This document shows, piece by piece, positions 1 to 58,560 of a stretch of DNA of 64,000 nt (the first letter of the stretch is position 1; every line of letters begins with the position of its first letter). This stretch comes from Chara braunii (lineage: Eukaryota; Plantae; Charophyceae), in contig BFEA01000031.1 in the NCBI GenBank assembly GCA_003427395.1, forward strand, positions 3,718,452 through 3,782,451, written 5' to 3'. The notes under the pieces were generated by a model. That model had not been told where the DNA came from, did not search any database, and saw only the letters and a program-made list of their open reading frames with translations. The position numbers and the translations under genes were made by a program.

Positions 1-29
1 TTCTTGCGGGGCAGGGACGTCTCAGTCAT

Positions 30-195
30 TGGTGGAGTTTTGCAGGGGCAAAATAGAAAACATACATCAACGGTGGAATTTTGCATGGGCAAAATAAAAA
101 ACATACATCAACGGTGGATTTTTGCATGGGCAAAATAAAAAACATACATTGCGGGGGAGTTTTGCATGGGCAAAAAAAAAAAAAAACGTACATTA
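30..195 (+). repeat. ~42-bp tandem repeat (CATACATCAACGGTGGA.TTTTGCATGGGCAAAATAAAAAA)
   Basis: Three to four units. Confidence 0.85.
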
Positions 196-288
196 CAGGC
201 AAGTCCGTGGCGTGCTTTTGAAAAGACAGTACAAGAGGTGCGGCACCTTTTGTAGCAACCACGGATGTTGTTGTAACTACCGGCGGCA

Positions 289-375
289 AGGTCCCACTTG
301 CGCAAATAAGGAGATTTCGGCCGTTGATCTTCGCTATATACGGTCAGTATATCTTAATTCGTGCAAGTGGGACCT
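289..375. mobile_element. Short MITE, GTCCCACTTGC subfamily
   Basis: AGGTCCCACTTGC...GCAAGTGGGACCT. A reverse-oriented copy is at 36744-36830. Confidence 0.8.
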
Positions 376-1409
376 AGCCCGGGTCGGGCCGTGGTGTGCA
401 GAGGGCCTAACCGTTACGGCGAAAAAAGAACACTGCTTTTTCTGCATTTTTTGCCCAGTGGCATTCCAAATCCGCACCGTGCCAAAACTGCCAGTACCTG
501 TTTTTTTCTACTTTTTATTTTTCCCAATGTCCCATTAATATTTGAGACTCGAAACGAGGCCGCACTTGTTTCTTTTCTTTTTCTTTGGCTGGAAACATTA
601 GCCATCTCAGGCTGGACTTTGAAGCCTCGAAACGACATGATGGACTGAACGGGCACGGATCAGCCATAGCGCGAGGATAGACTCGAAAGCAACCAACCCA
701 TCCGGCACAGACTATCACGCATGCAAACGAGACGCCACAAGATGACGTAACAAAACCAGATGAGCAATAATCAATAAAAATAGGGATAAGTCGAGCTCAA
801 AATAGAACATCAATACCAAGCAGTGGCAAGCATGGCAGCGTTGAAGAAGTTTGGCTGTGTCTGTGAAACGTACTCAGTCTGGTGAATTACTGACAAGTTC
901 CAAGCCAGATACAGCTAGAATGACCAGTCATTGAAAAAACGACTTGGAGCAACAGGATGAAATTCCGATGAATACTAGGAATCCGATAGACGTTCAAAGA
1001 ACAAGGTACCGTAACAACTCTCATTCATTTAACATTTATTTGGCAGCAGATAAACTGATTATAAACAAGGCTGGCAGTGTCACACTAGCAAGTCTTTTCA
1101 GTTTCGAAAGGGCAAAAAAAAAATAAACATGTGCGGGCAACAAAATCGGGTGCAGAGTTTGAAAAGGGCAATATCGGCAAAAATGGTTGTGCGGCCTGCA
1201 TGTGATTTTGTTGCCCTTTTCAAACTCGGCGCACGAGTTTGCTGCCATTTAGAAACTCGGCGCGTGGGTAAAAATGCTTTTGTTGCCCTTTCGAACTCCA
1301 CGCATGAATTTGCTGGCCTTTTCAAACTCGTCTGTGCCACAAGGCCCACAACCGAAATTACCCCTATTAAAGCCTATTTATAATTGTACACCTTACTCAT
1401 TGTATTGCA

Positions 1410-1410
1410 C

Positions 1411-1485
<75 letters not shown>

Positions 1486-1486
1486 A
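1410..1486 (+). repeat. (TAAA)n microsatellite, one of many SSRs: (CA)n, (GA)n, (CTA)n, (AGTAGC)n, (TAA)n occur across the window
   Basis: Read directly from the sequence. Confidence 0.95.
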
Positions 1487-1612
1487 ACATTTTCAATGAT
1501 TCTTTTTCTTTTAGGTATTTGGGGAATCTTTTTAAATAGAAAGAATATCCTTATTATCTAATGTCAATTGAGTTAATGTTACTTGCTGTCAATTTGAACT
1601 TTTTAGTCTATA

Positions 1613-1681
1613 CGGGGTTGCCGGCGTTCGGGACAGGTCGAACGCCCGACACGTTCGCCCGTTCGGCCGAACGCGGACCTC

Positions 1682-1715
<34 letters not shown>

Positions 1716-2348
1716 CCAAGAAATCTGAAAAATATGTATGTTATACAGAAGAATAAACTAAACAACATTTTCCTCAACGTTACATCCAAATTATTTACCA
1801 TATTTGAAATAAAAATCAAATACTAAAAATAAATAAGAATAATGAAAATTAGAAAAAATAAAACGAGAATGAAATCATTGAGTGGGCGAGCAGTTTTTGA
1901 CACCGCCATCTTTGATGATTTTTCTTTTTTTTTTGGCTGTGACAAATTCCATGAAAATTTGCAAATAGAGAATATAGTAACAATATACAAATAAAGTTAA
2001 AAAAAAATAATATTTTGTTTCATGCCCCGAAATAAAGGAAAAACAAAAAGTGAAAAAAAAAGAAAAAACAAATTAGTGAGTGGGCACGGAAGTTTTGACA
2101 CCACCATCTTTGCTGATTTTTCTTTTTTTTTTGGCTAAACAGAATGGCGTCAAAGTTAGGAGGGAGATACCTTACATCACAAGGAACTCACAGTGAAATT
2201 TTCAGAAAACGAAAATAATATTCAGGTGCCAAAATATTGTTTTGCGGGGTCCGAACCCCTTCAGGTTCGGGCCCCCTACGGGGACCCGAATGGCCGAACG
2301 TTCCGGGGTCCGCTTAGGGGCCTCCGTACGTTCGGCCTGGCAACCTTG
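1613..2348. mobile_element. MITE-like element with GGTTGCC/GGCAACC termini
   Basis: Inverted termini, subterminal CCGAAC/GTTCGG motif arrays and an AT-rich interior with an internal direct repeat. No clear TSD. Confidence 0.6.
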
Positions 2349-2364
2349 TATATATATATATATA

Positions 2365-2510
2365 TCACAGCCCCTCGTTTGTTGTCCTCTTCTCCCTCTC
2401 TGCCTACGGTTTACCAGGCAGCTCTGTTTGACTATATATATCGTCAAATAGAACTGCCCGGTAAACCGTAGGCAGAGAGGGAGAAGAGGACAACAAACGA
2501 GGGGCTGTGA
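2365..2510. repeat. Near-perfect long inverted repeat (68-bp arms, 10-nt loop)
   Basis: Arms 2365-2432 and 2443-2510 differ at 3 positions. The loop is TATATATATC. Confidence 0.95.
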
Positions 2511-2548
2511 CAAACTGTTTCGTCGGAGTTTCACCGACTCATCAGGAG
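2500..2548 (-). ncRNA. Hammerhead-ribozyme-like motif (minimal type I core)
   Basis: Minus strand reads CTGATGA-GTCGG-tgaaact-CCGAC-GAAAC-agttt-GTC^ACAGC. Stem II is perfect, stem III has 3 bp, and the 5' arm of stem I does not pair. Confidence 0.65.
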
Positions 2549-2619
2549 GTATGCAAAAAAAAAAAAGAAAAAAGAAAAACTTCCATTTGTTTGGAGTTCA
2601 CTTGAGCACCAAGTCTTAC

Positions 2620-49111
<46,492 letters not shown>

Positions 49112-49394
49112 GATGTTTGACTTTTAAAGCCAATCTCACTCTCACCCAAGCTGCAGTGCTCTCGAAAGCAAGAGCAACTCAGCAGAGCCCCCGGTTCGCT
49201 CGACTCTGGTTAACCAGTATTGCAGTATTGCCCCTCTTCTCGACCTCGGTATTGCAAAAAGTTAGTAATACTAGTACAGTCCTAATACTCATCCGCCACG
49301 GCGAATGAACATCGTTCCCACTCCCAACGTCGTCTCTCCGTGAATCTCTGGACCGACTCTTTCCTCACAACTCCGCACACATATTCTCTAAAAG

Positions 49395-49464
<70 letters not shown>

Positions 49465-49465
49465 N

Positions 49466-49497
<32 letters not shown>

Positions 49498-49890
49498 GTG
49501 AGTGAGTGAGTGAATGTGCCCGGTTTTGGACAAAAGACTTATATGGAACGGTTTGAGAGCCCGACAGGCCGAGCTACAACGCGACTTTATTATAAATAAT
49601 AAGAGGAATTGAAATCAATATTATGAATGATAATCGACGCTGGACCACTCAGATCGATAAGTTGAGAGGTCCAACCGTTGTGCCCAGACAAAAGCACCAG
49701 TGAGGAAAGTCGACTTTTTTCCCAGTGTTAGTTTGAGAAGAGGGGATGATTGCAACTTTCCAATGGGTAGGTCAAAGACACTAATGTGGGCAGCTACTGG
49801 AATTAATTATTTATAGATTTCAGACACGTCTTTTCTCTATATGAAAAAGGGGATCTCTGATTACCCCGATTCGAATCACTCAATCTCCTG

Positions 49891-49995
<105 letters not shown>

Positions 49996-51959
49996 GTAGA
50001 GCAATCGATCCGCCGACCTCGACTACTATATCCTGGTGATCTTATTGAGTGTCACTCTCGATTCGGTTCGTCGAATACCGTTGGTCCAGTGTAATCCAAG
50101 AGTGCGCGCACAGGTGCGCAGCGATGGCGCGCTGGCGATCACTCGATAGTGTGTGTCGGAAGTCGTGACGGCGGAGAGAGCTGAGCCTAATGTCGGCCGA
50201 GAGGCGGGTTGAGGACAATCTGAGAACGAAATGGTCAGTTTCCCCGATTCCATCTGCCGCCGAGCTTGCTGGCATCGACTCTCGCTCCACAGTTTTGGCT
50301 ATGGCGGAAATACTGACGCCACTCCGCATAAATAAGAAGCAGCGCGAGATTCCCCAGCACACGTTGCAAAATCTTCTTCGCGCAGCGATGTCCGCAATTT
50401 CAAGCTATGGTCGGCAGAAGGATGTGGAATGCCAGAGAAGGAAGAAGGGCGTCTTCGGTGCGTGTCAGGACAGCGTGAATGACACCCTAGCACAGCTTGA
50501 ATGAGAACCTGCATCCATAACTTAAGCGTGTTCGGTAGTACATCTCCTGTCTTACGGTCGCGCGCTCGCACACTCCTGGACCACGCCTAAGTCGGCCAGA
50601 TCCGGCTATGGCGCCGCATCCACCAGCACATGCGGACCTCAGCTTGCGGAATCCAGCGACGTCGGCGGGCCGTCAAGTACTTCATTCACTTTTCTGCCCG
50701 CCATTGAAATGTTTCGACTCCCTCCCTCCCCGCCTTCCTCTCCCTCTCCCTGCCCCTCCTCTCCCTGCCCCCGCCTTCCTCTCGCCTGTCGCTCGCATAT
50801 TCCTCCCGCAATAGCACTCCCACTGCCACCTCTTTCGCATGAAATTCGCCGGATTCGAGACCACATACGGCTTGAAAACTTTGCAGCACTCTGCGTCCAT
50901 CCTGCGCTCCTCCCGCTCTCCCCGCCTCGGTTTCCGGCGGGGCCGGACCTCCGCCACGCCCAACACTAGCGGCAGTGGCGGGGTAGACATTGCCGACAGT
51001 CGGGATCGTGACAACGTTCATCGTTTGTCTTTTTGTCCAGTTCCGAATTCCTTCCCGCCAAACCAAGCAGCCAAGTGGGCGCCACCTTGCAAAAACGAAA
51101 CATTGGGCCTCCCTCCACTACACAACCAATTACATGAATTGGGATGCTTTGGGGTCCAGGAACACTCAAAATGTTGGCCTCGTCGGGATGCACCTGGTCC
51201 TGACAAAGGCTCCACGTGCATGTAGAGTGATGTGTAGCGGAGCAAGGCCCATTGGGCACGTGAGTGATGTGTAGCGGAGCAAGGCCCATTAGGCCTCGCT
51301 CCGCTCCTCTCGACGTGCAAAACGACAAAACTCAGGGCGGTGTATCGTTCCATGTTCTAGCGTCAGATTCACTCTCGTTTTGCACATTTCTTTTTTTTTT
51401 TTTTTTTTCAACGTTTTGCACATTTCGAGAGTAGTGGGCGGGGCCCATTTATAAAAAATAAAAAGAAACATACCGGCCAAGTGGGCGCCTCGCTGCTGAC
51501 TTTGCCTGCCACTCCATGGTGCGGCCGAACGCCGTGGTCTCGGCCCACATGCAGCCGTGTACTACAGTTTTCTGCTACCTGTGTGACTGTGGGATCACTG
51601 CGAACCGCCGGCCGGAACCTCTGTAACCGCTGAGACAGATTGAATGGCCTACGGTTCCCCTTCCCGTGCGATTGCAGACGACATTTCACTGCCATAGATC
51701 AGACTGAGTCCCCTGGCACAGCGACAAGCCCTGCCGTAGAGACAAGCATCCATAGCCATCCCCGGAGGCTGAAAAAGTTCTGGAAGTCCCAAAAAAAAAA
51801 AAAAAAAAAAAAAAAATTCTGGAAGATGTTTTTTCCCCCCAGCGCCTCGTTGCACCAATCCCCAAACTTCAAGGTTTTAAATGTATCCGGAAGCTCGTCC
51901 GCACACATTCCGCATGATGACGAGACAACTAGGATTGTCATGGCAGTATGGGCCTCGAA

Positions 51960-52390
51960 ATAAAGTCCTACACTCCTAGCAGGACTTCATTATAGGGTGA
52001 GGGAGATGGGAAAAATGTACCTAATGTCAAAGGAAACCTTGGCTCCAATCAAAGGCCAATCTCCTCAGCACAGAATCCCCCCTTTGACCCCAACCTGAGA
52101 CGAACCTCAGAGACGGATCAAATGTGGAATATGTGGTGGGTTACCCCCAGAGGATGTGGAAAAGGAATTGCAGGAAAACTCCTTCTGGGTCAACCCCTGG
52201 CCAGGATACCACAGCAAGGGACTCTAGCCCTAGACAGGCCCATCTCAGTGGAGGAGTTGACGGCTGCAGCAAATCAAAATGCCAATAATAGGGCCCCGTG
52301 AGAGCATGGCCTCCCCATCTAGTTTTTCTGAGGTGCTGGAAAATTCTCAGTGTGGAACTAGTACAAATCTATAGCCAAGTCCTGCTAAAA
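51960..52390 (+). mobile_element. Decayed L1-type LINE ORF2 fragment (region just before the RT core)
   Basis: Translates LDRPISVEELTAA..NNRAP*EHGLPI*FF then CWKILSVELVQIYSQVL. This matches the L1 pattern L.PI..EE..A..K.PG.DG.P.EF..W with stops and a frameshift. Confidence 0.7.
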
Positions 52391-54225
52391 GTGCAGCTAT
52401 AGCCCAGTGGGGAATGTGCATTGTGGTTTGAGGATGTTGGTTCAAAACCCTACGGCCTAACACATGGACACCAGCGGGTGTTCACCAACGCATGGCTGTA
52501 CATATGACGCCCAACCTCACCCCCTGCAGGAAAACTTCCTGATCAGAGTGAGAGCGCGCCCGGAAGTGGCGCTAAAGGGGCTGTGCCAAGGATTTTAGAA
52601 AAGTGGGGTGGTGTCCCAGGTCGGAACTGGGATCTCCAATGCCAATGCCAAGGTTGTGACGCCCAACCTCACGCCCAGCGCGACTTCCTGATCGGAGTGC
52701 GATGGGGGCCCGGAAGTGCGAAAAAGGGGTGTGCCAAGGATTTTAGGATAGTGGGGGTGGAGTTCCAGGTCAGAACTGAAATCTCCTGTGGCAAACTTCA
52801 GGGGCAATTATGCAAGATAGTAAGCGCGAACCGCGTCCGATGTTTATGCCTTGGGGGATGTCATTGCCATCCCTGCGAGTTTCGTTGCCAAGGCCGGACT
52901 CGAATTTGGTGAACCGGTGGAACGCTATGTGTGTCGCGTTGCCTAAGCAATCGCCAGCGTCGTTCGTGATAAGCATCCAAGTCAGACGAGGCGGGCCTCA
53001 GGCGCAGGCTGTGTGCTCGCTGTTCGGCCTCAGTCCGGGTTGAACTTCATCGAACGAACCCCGCGGCTCGGTACTCGCTGTCCTGCTGCTGCTGGCACTC
53101 GGAGCACGGGGTTCGAGGCCAGTAGGGAGCGAGTGTGTGCCACGGGGCCGCCGTCAGGCAGTGAAAAGGCAACACGAGGCGGTAGGGAGCGAAGTCTGTC
53201 TCAATGATGATGACACTAGGCTCGGCGATGATGTGGCTTACGTGTGAGTTGGGGAACTGGGAAGGAAAAGGGATCGCACTTAAGGCCCGTTCGATATCCC
53301 ACTCACAGACACGTTCGTTTCCCGTCAGAAAGGGGAACTTTGGAGGGTTGGGGCGGGGTTGTGCGAGAAGACAGGCGTTTTTCCACTCCCAGTATCCTCG
53401 GAACCGTCGATGTCTCAGGCTCTCCCGATCCGTGATGTGAAAGTGAGTCCCATCATCCATGCTACCTGAATTTTGCGAGTTTAGACATGGACCCAAGCGC
53501 GAGTCTTGCAAACGCGCGTGCAGACGACGTTTGTTATGATCGAGCCTGCACGTATGCGCACGAGACCACGTCTGCGATCAGTTGGATCGGATCGACCGGT
53601 TATCCCTTTGGTCGGGGGATCGTTTCATCCTTCGTCATGCTAGTCGGGTCAGGAACAGACATTAGGGAGGCAGTCCGCTGGCAATCATACAATTGGATCA
53701 GCCATTCATTAACTCCCTTCCCCCCCTCCCCCCCCCTCCCCCCAAATCATACACCAACCGTGTTCGTCAGAAAACTGGCATGCATACTCAGGTATCGATC
53801 GACCCCATACATCAATCAAACTCAAGGGCCGTGTGGATTTCCGGAAAAGCAGAGCAAGGGATCGACCAGGGTTTGCGCATCAGTCCACGTCACTGGGGAA
53901 GCTTACATCATCATAATCCAGCTCCCTGAGGCCTCGCGGAGACAGTCGTCGTGCCCGATATCATCATACCGCAATGAAACCAGTGTGAGGGAGAAAATCA
54001 AACCATTCACAAGAAGGACACTGACCAGGGGTAGAAAGAGGACCGACGCCACTCATCAAAACTACACAGGCGGGAGGAAGAAAAGAAGGACATTATTTCA
54101 CACACATCATAAGCTAAAAATCCAAAATGATTCGCAAGAAAACCGGAATGGCCATAGCAAAATCGGCCAAAGTTGAAATCAAAATTTGCACAGAGGGTTA
54201 GAGAAAGGCGTCATTCTTCACACAC

Positions 54226-54299
<74 letters not shown>

Positions 54300-54312
<13 letters not shown>

Positions 54313-57300
54313 TCTGCGTTACATCACCTTCGATGCGGGCAGTCTGTCGCCTCGCACAACATCATCGAGTCGTCACCCCGCTTAGTCCAAATACGCAAGC
54401 CAAGTTCGCCCGTGCGTCACAGTCTGTTGTGGCCCCCACATCAACCCCGCCTTCCCGACACCAGCTCATCGGGCCGCCCGACTCACTTCTGCTCATCTCC
54501 TTACTTACTTGTTAGCCGATCCTCACTGACCTCGCTAACTTCCAAATTCGGAGAGAGCAAACTAATCGCGCTTGCGAAATTTATAGCGTGCATACTTGCG
54601 CGATGATCTCGGGATTATGCCCAAGTGAGGGAAAGGGGAAGAGAAGGAAGTGCCTATGCCTGCATGGCCAAGCTGCGGCATCGGGGAAGCAGCCACACTC
54701 CACTCATCGATCCGGTCATGCAGTCGCTCGAGCCAATTAGAGTGCAGGACGAGGTATGCACGACAGAGGGGAAACACGAGAGAATCAAGAAGGAGTACAG
54801 TTACAATCGCGCCTGCCAAAAATTACAATTGCATGTAAGATTAAGGGCGCGATACAGTCAGAGCCAAGTTCCTACAGGCTACTGCGGTGAGAGGTGCGCG
54901 AGCAAGAAGCGCGACGCAACAAAATTCCAAAGCACCTAAATTCCTAGTCTAAATCCTATTTGCAAAAAGAAATTCTGAAAAGCTTGAAAGAAACAATTTC
55001 AAGAGTTCGTCATCCGTTGTACATTTGAAAACGAAATTCCCCCGCGCTAATCACTACAAAATTCTCATCTCTCACAGCACAACAAGAAATAAGTTATGGC
55101 AACCGTTATTTATCGCGCTCACTAAGGCGCGGTCACTCCTCAGGACTTTCCCGACTCTTGGTCCCGGAAGCAAAGAAAGAAAGAAGTGAGGGTATCCATG
55201 CAACTTGTTCGCCCAACCCCTATCTTCCACTTGACCAACCAGTTTCCAACCCCTGAAACCGCTTCACGCAAAAAGTCGTGCGATTGCAGAAAGTAGTTCG
55301 TCACAAGGTTCCAAGGACAAAAATGCAAATGGTTCAGATCGGAAGGCGCTCTTCTCAGTTTCAGGATCTCAAGGCCGAGTACTCAGGTTGGTCGGTGTTT
55401 TCACCTACGACGGGTTCGTATACCGTGCGCAGGAGGGACCCGGTGGTTTCTCGTTGTTCCGACATGTGGCGCTTATGAGACTCACAAAGTTCAGAATCTG
55501 ACGGGGGCGGTCTTAGCCGAAGGCTGTGTTCTCAGCACTCAGCCTCGGTGCAGGTTCGTCGGGTGAAACCCCACGCTCGATAGACGTAGTCGTGCCTGCG
55601 TTTAGAGCACAGTGTGCGTGGCCAGTAAGGGGCTAATGCACACCAAGGAATTACTACCACGTTCGGATCAATCCTTCCCGCATGATCAGGCCTTTACTCT
55701 ATCTTATGTCTGAATGAATATGCCCTTAGTCGTTCCTAAAACTTATTCGCCTACACTAAATTTGTACCTATTGCGGATGTCCTGAAGGACCAAGTGCTGG
55801 TCTCGGCCTCACGATGGAACATGAGTCTAACCAGTCCAAGGCAAATCATAAACATTCGGTTATACTCACAAAGTTTTATCATCCATTTGAGGTAAGGTCT
55901 GTATTTCAACAGCCCATCAGTATACCCTTTAAGCTAAGCCAATTGGTTCCAATACCTACTACTGCGTCCCAAGACGAAAACGGGACTAAGTAAAAAAGTA
56001 AAACAAATAATAAGGAGAAAAATAACAGGAATCAAGGAGTAGGGGGGAGAAGGAGGGGCTGCCAAAACCATGAACAAAACCAAAGGGGATAGTCATGTCG
56101 GACTCTCAACCCCTCGGTTCCCTTCAAGTTGCACAATCGGTCCTTTGTCACCGGTTGTTGACCTCGATCCCTATTGTCAAAGTCAAAAGTCAATATTGTA
56201 ACCTATAAGGCCATGCCTAAGTTTGAACCTAGCAGACACCGTTTCTCATATAAAGAGTGTCCACTCAGTGACCAACACAACAAAAAGCGCACTAAGGATA
56301 CACTTTGGCACAAACAAAACATCATCGACTACCAACAAGGTCGTCTCTCCAAGGCAACCCAAACTCGGTTGATGTCACATGCAGGTCAACTTGAACCATC
56401 CACCTTACCCTCGATGCGTTGATATTCTACGCCAGGTCATATACCTATTTAGTCGTACAAGAACCATAGGTAGTTATCCCTAAATTATGGACTAACCTTA
56501 ACAACGGCAGACACGACACTAACCGTTGGACGAGCACACGCGCCACAGATAGTCACCCATTGGCAAATCAACGGAAAAACTTTCATTCATCTTATTTTAA
56601 TCAGCAGTAACTCACCGGCAACAATATGTCAGCACACAACTCATCACATCACCCGCACCCCAAAAACTGCGCGTCCACACACTCTTTGTTTTCCCTCAAA
56701 CAGTCGCGCGAGCTAGTGGTCATTGACAGAAAAAAATAAATTTTGACTGCGACTTGGGCAGTGCACCCAACTTTCAAGTCGAGTCTCATTTCTTTCACTT
56801 GCATAAACAAGAATGGATAACCTTGTAAGGGTATTCACGCCGACATCGTAGGCTATGTGTATATGTGTCCCTAAGTTGTGTATATGTGTCCCTAAGTTGT
56901 GTATATGTGTCCCTAAGTTATGTATATGTGTAACAGTTGTACAATTTTGTATATGACAGGCCTATCTATGCTAGAAACCCCCACCAAACTCCCAAGCCAG
57001 ACTCCAAACCATGTCCATCATCATGTTACAACTGTGCTTTAACATGTGTGCTACAAGTATCTCAAACATAAGATTTGTACAGTAATATAATAATATTTCA
57101 TGTTTGTAGATCTTAGTGGGTTAACATTTTATTATCTCACACTTGTTTATAATCAAGGTGTACATAGTTCACCTTTTTAGCAGCCATATAACAAACATTA
57201 CATAACTTTTCAATTCGCATCTCTGTGGGAACGCTCTATCTGATTCTGGCCTTCTGCAAGATCTCAAGAAGTTCCTTAAGTCGATTCCTTGTCGTTTGGA

Positions 57301-58560
57301 AAATCCATATGCATGATACTCAATCAAATAGATCCAACTAGCACTCAAATTGACAATGTGCTATCTGTGCTAGGAAGCCCCCACCAAAGTCCCAAGCCAG
57401 ACTCGAACCCATGTCTATCCTCGTGTAACATCGTGCTCTACAATGTGGACTGCAATCTCAAAACATACCAATGTGTGGTATGCTAGACAGGGGAGATTTT
57501 CATAACAATGTATGACCATGTCCTTAGACATCCCAGACATGGTCAAGATCCGACATACAACAATCCTGAACAAAATTCATTGGTGATGCAGGTAGTGTTT
57601 TTAATCTATACCATACACCCTTCCCCCAGGGGATTAGTGTGTCTTGACGATCTCCTTAAATTTCTGATACATTTAGTTTCCGGCGCGATTGGACTTTGGG
57701 GTAGTGGGATGGGCCTATGGGTTTAATTGCATAAATGTCCCCATTTTTTTTTTCTTCCTTCTTTTTTGATTTGCAAAAGTTTGGTCTCACAGTTGTCGGT
57801 GGGTAGGACACGCCTTAGCGAATGTGAAAATAATGGTTGATGTCAATTTTTATTTTTCCTTTTACTTATTCTTTAGAACTGGGACGAATAATTTTGGCGT
57901 GATCATCGCGCTGGGGAAAACTCTTTTGAATTTCCGAATTCTTAGGAAAATACGCGGACAACCGCACAAATATTTATAATTTCCTTTTTGCAATTAGGAC
58001 TTTAAGGCTAGGATTTTAGGCTCGACATTTTATTTGGCTGCAGTTGTAACTGCACATTGCTCTTCGCTCACGCGCGCTTAGCTATGCTCTGTTTTGCGCT
58101 CTCTTCCGTTGCTCTTTTATCATAATCCAAACTGTAATTCTCTCCTTCCCTTATTGGCCAGTGCAAGTATAACTGTAATCTTCTCCCTCTTGATTTCTCT
58201 TTGCGATGGAACTTACGGCCTCCTCTCCCTTCGTCTCATTGGCCATAATGACGCATGACTGAATCAATGTATGAAGAGTGGCTATGTCCCCCATGCCGCG
58301 ACCTAGCGATGCTGATCGTAGACACTTTCTTCTCTCTTCTTTCCCTCTTGCCTCAACATTATTCCGAGTATCTCGTGGAGGTGCTGATTGCTATAAATCT
58401 TGCAAGCGTGACTAAATTGCTCTCTAATCTAAACTTATGGAGTTAGCCTGGTCGAGAAGGTCGGCTAACGAGTGTGAGTATGTATGAAGATGAGTGCAAA
58501 GTTCGGCGATCCGAATGCGGGGTTAACATGTAACCGTTACGAACTGTAGGACATGGGAAA
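54300..58560. repeat. Pair of diverged long repeats in inverted orientation (54300-54850 and 58100-58560), possibly LTR remnants
   Basis: GTTAGCCGA..GACC..GCTAACT..AGAGAGCAA..CGCTTGC..ATTTATAGC is present on opposite strands. No coding domains were recognised. Confidence 0.55.

Noticed and set aside
53487-54176. 229-aa ORF (likewise 24857-25516 and 50190-50504)
   Set aside because: No recognisable motifs or splice support; these are likely chance ORFs in repeat-derived DNA.
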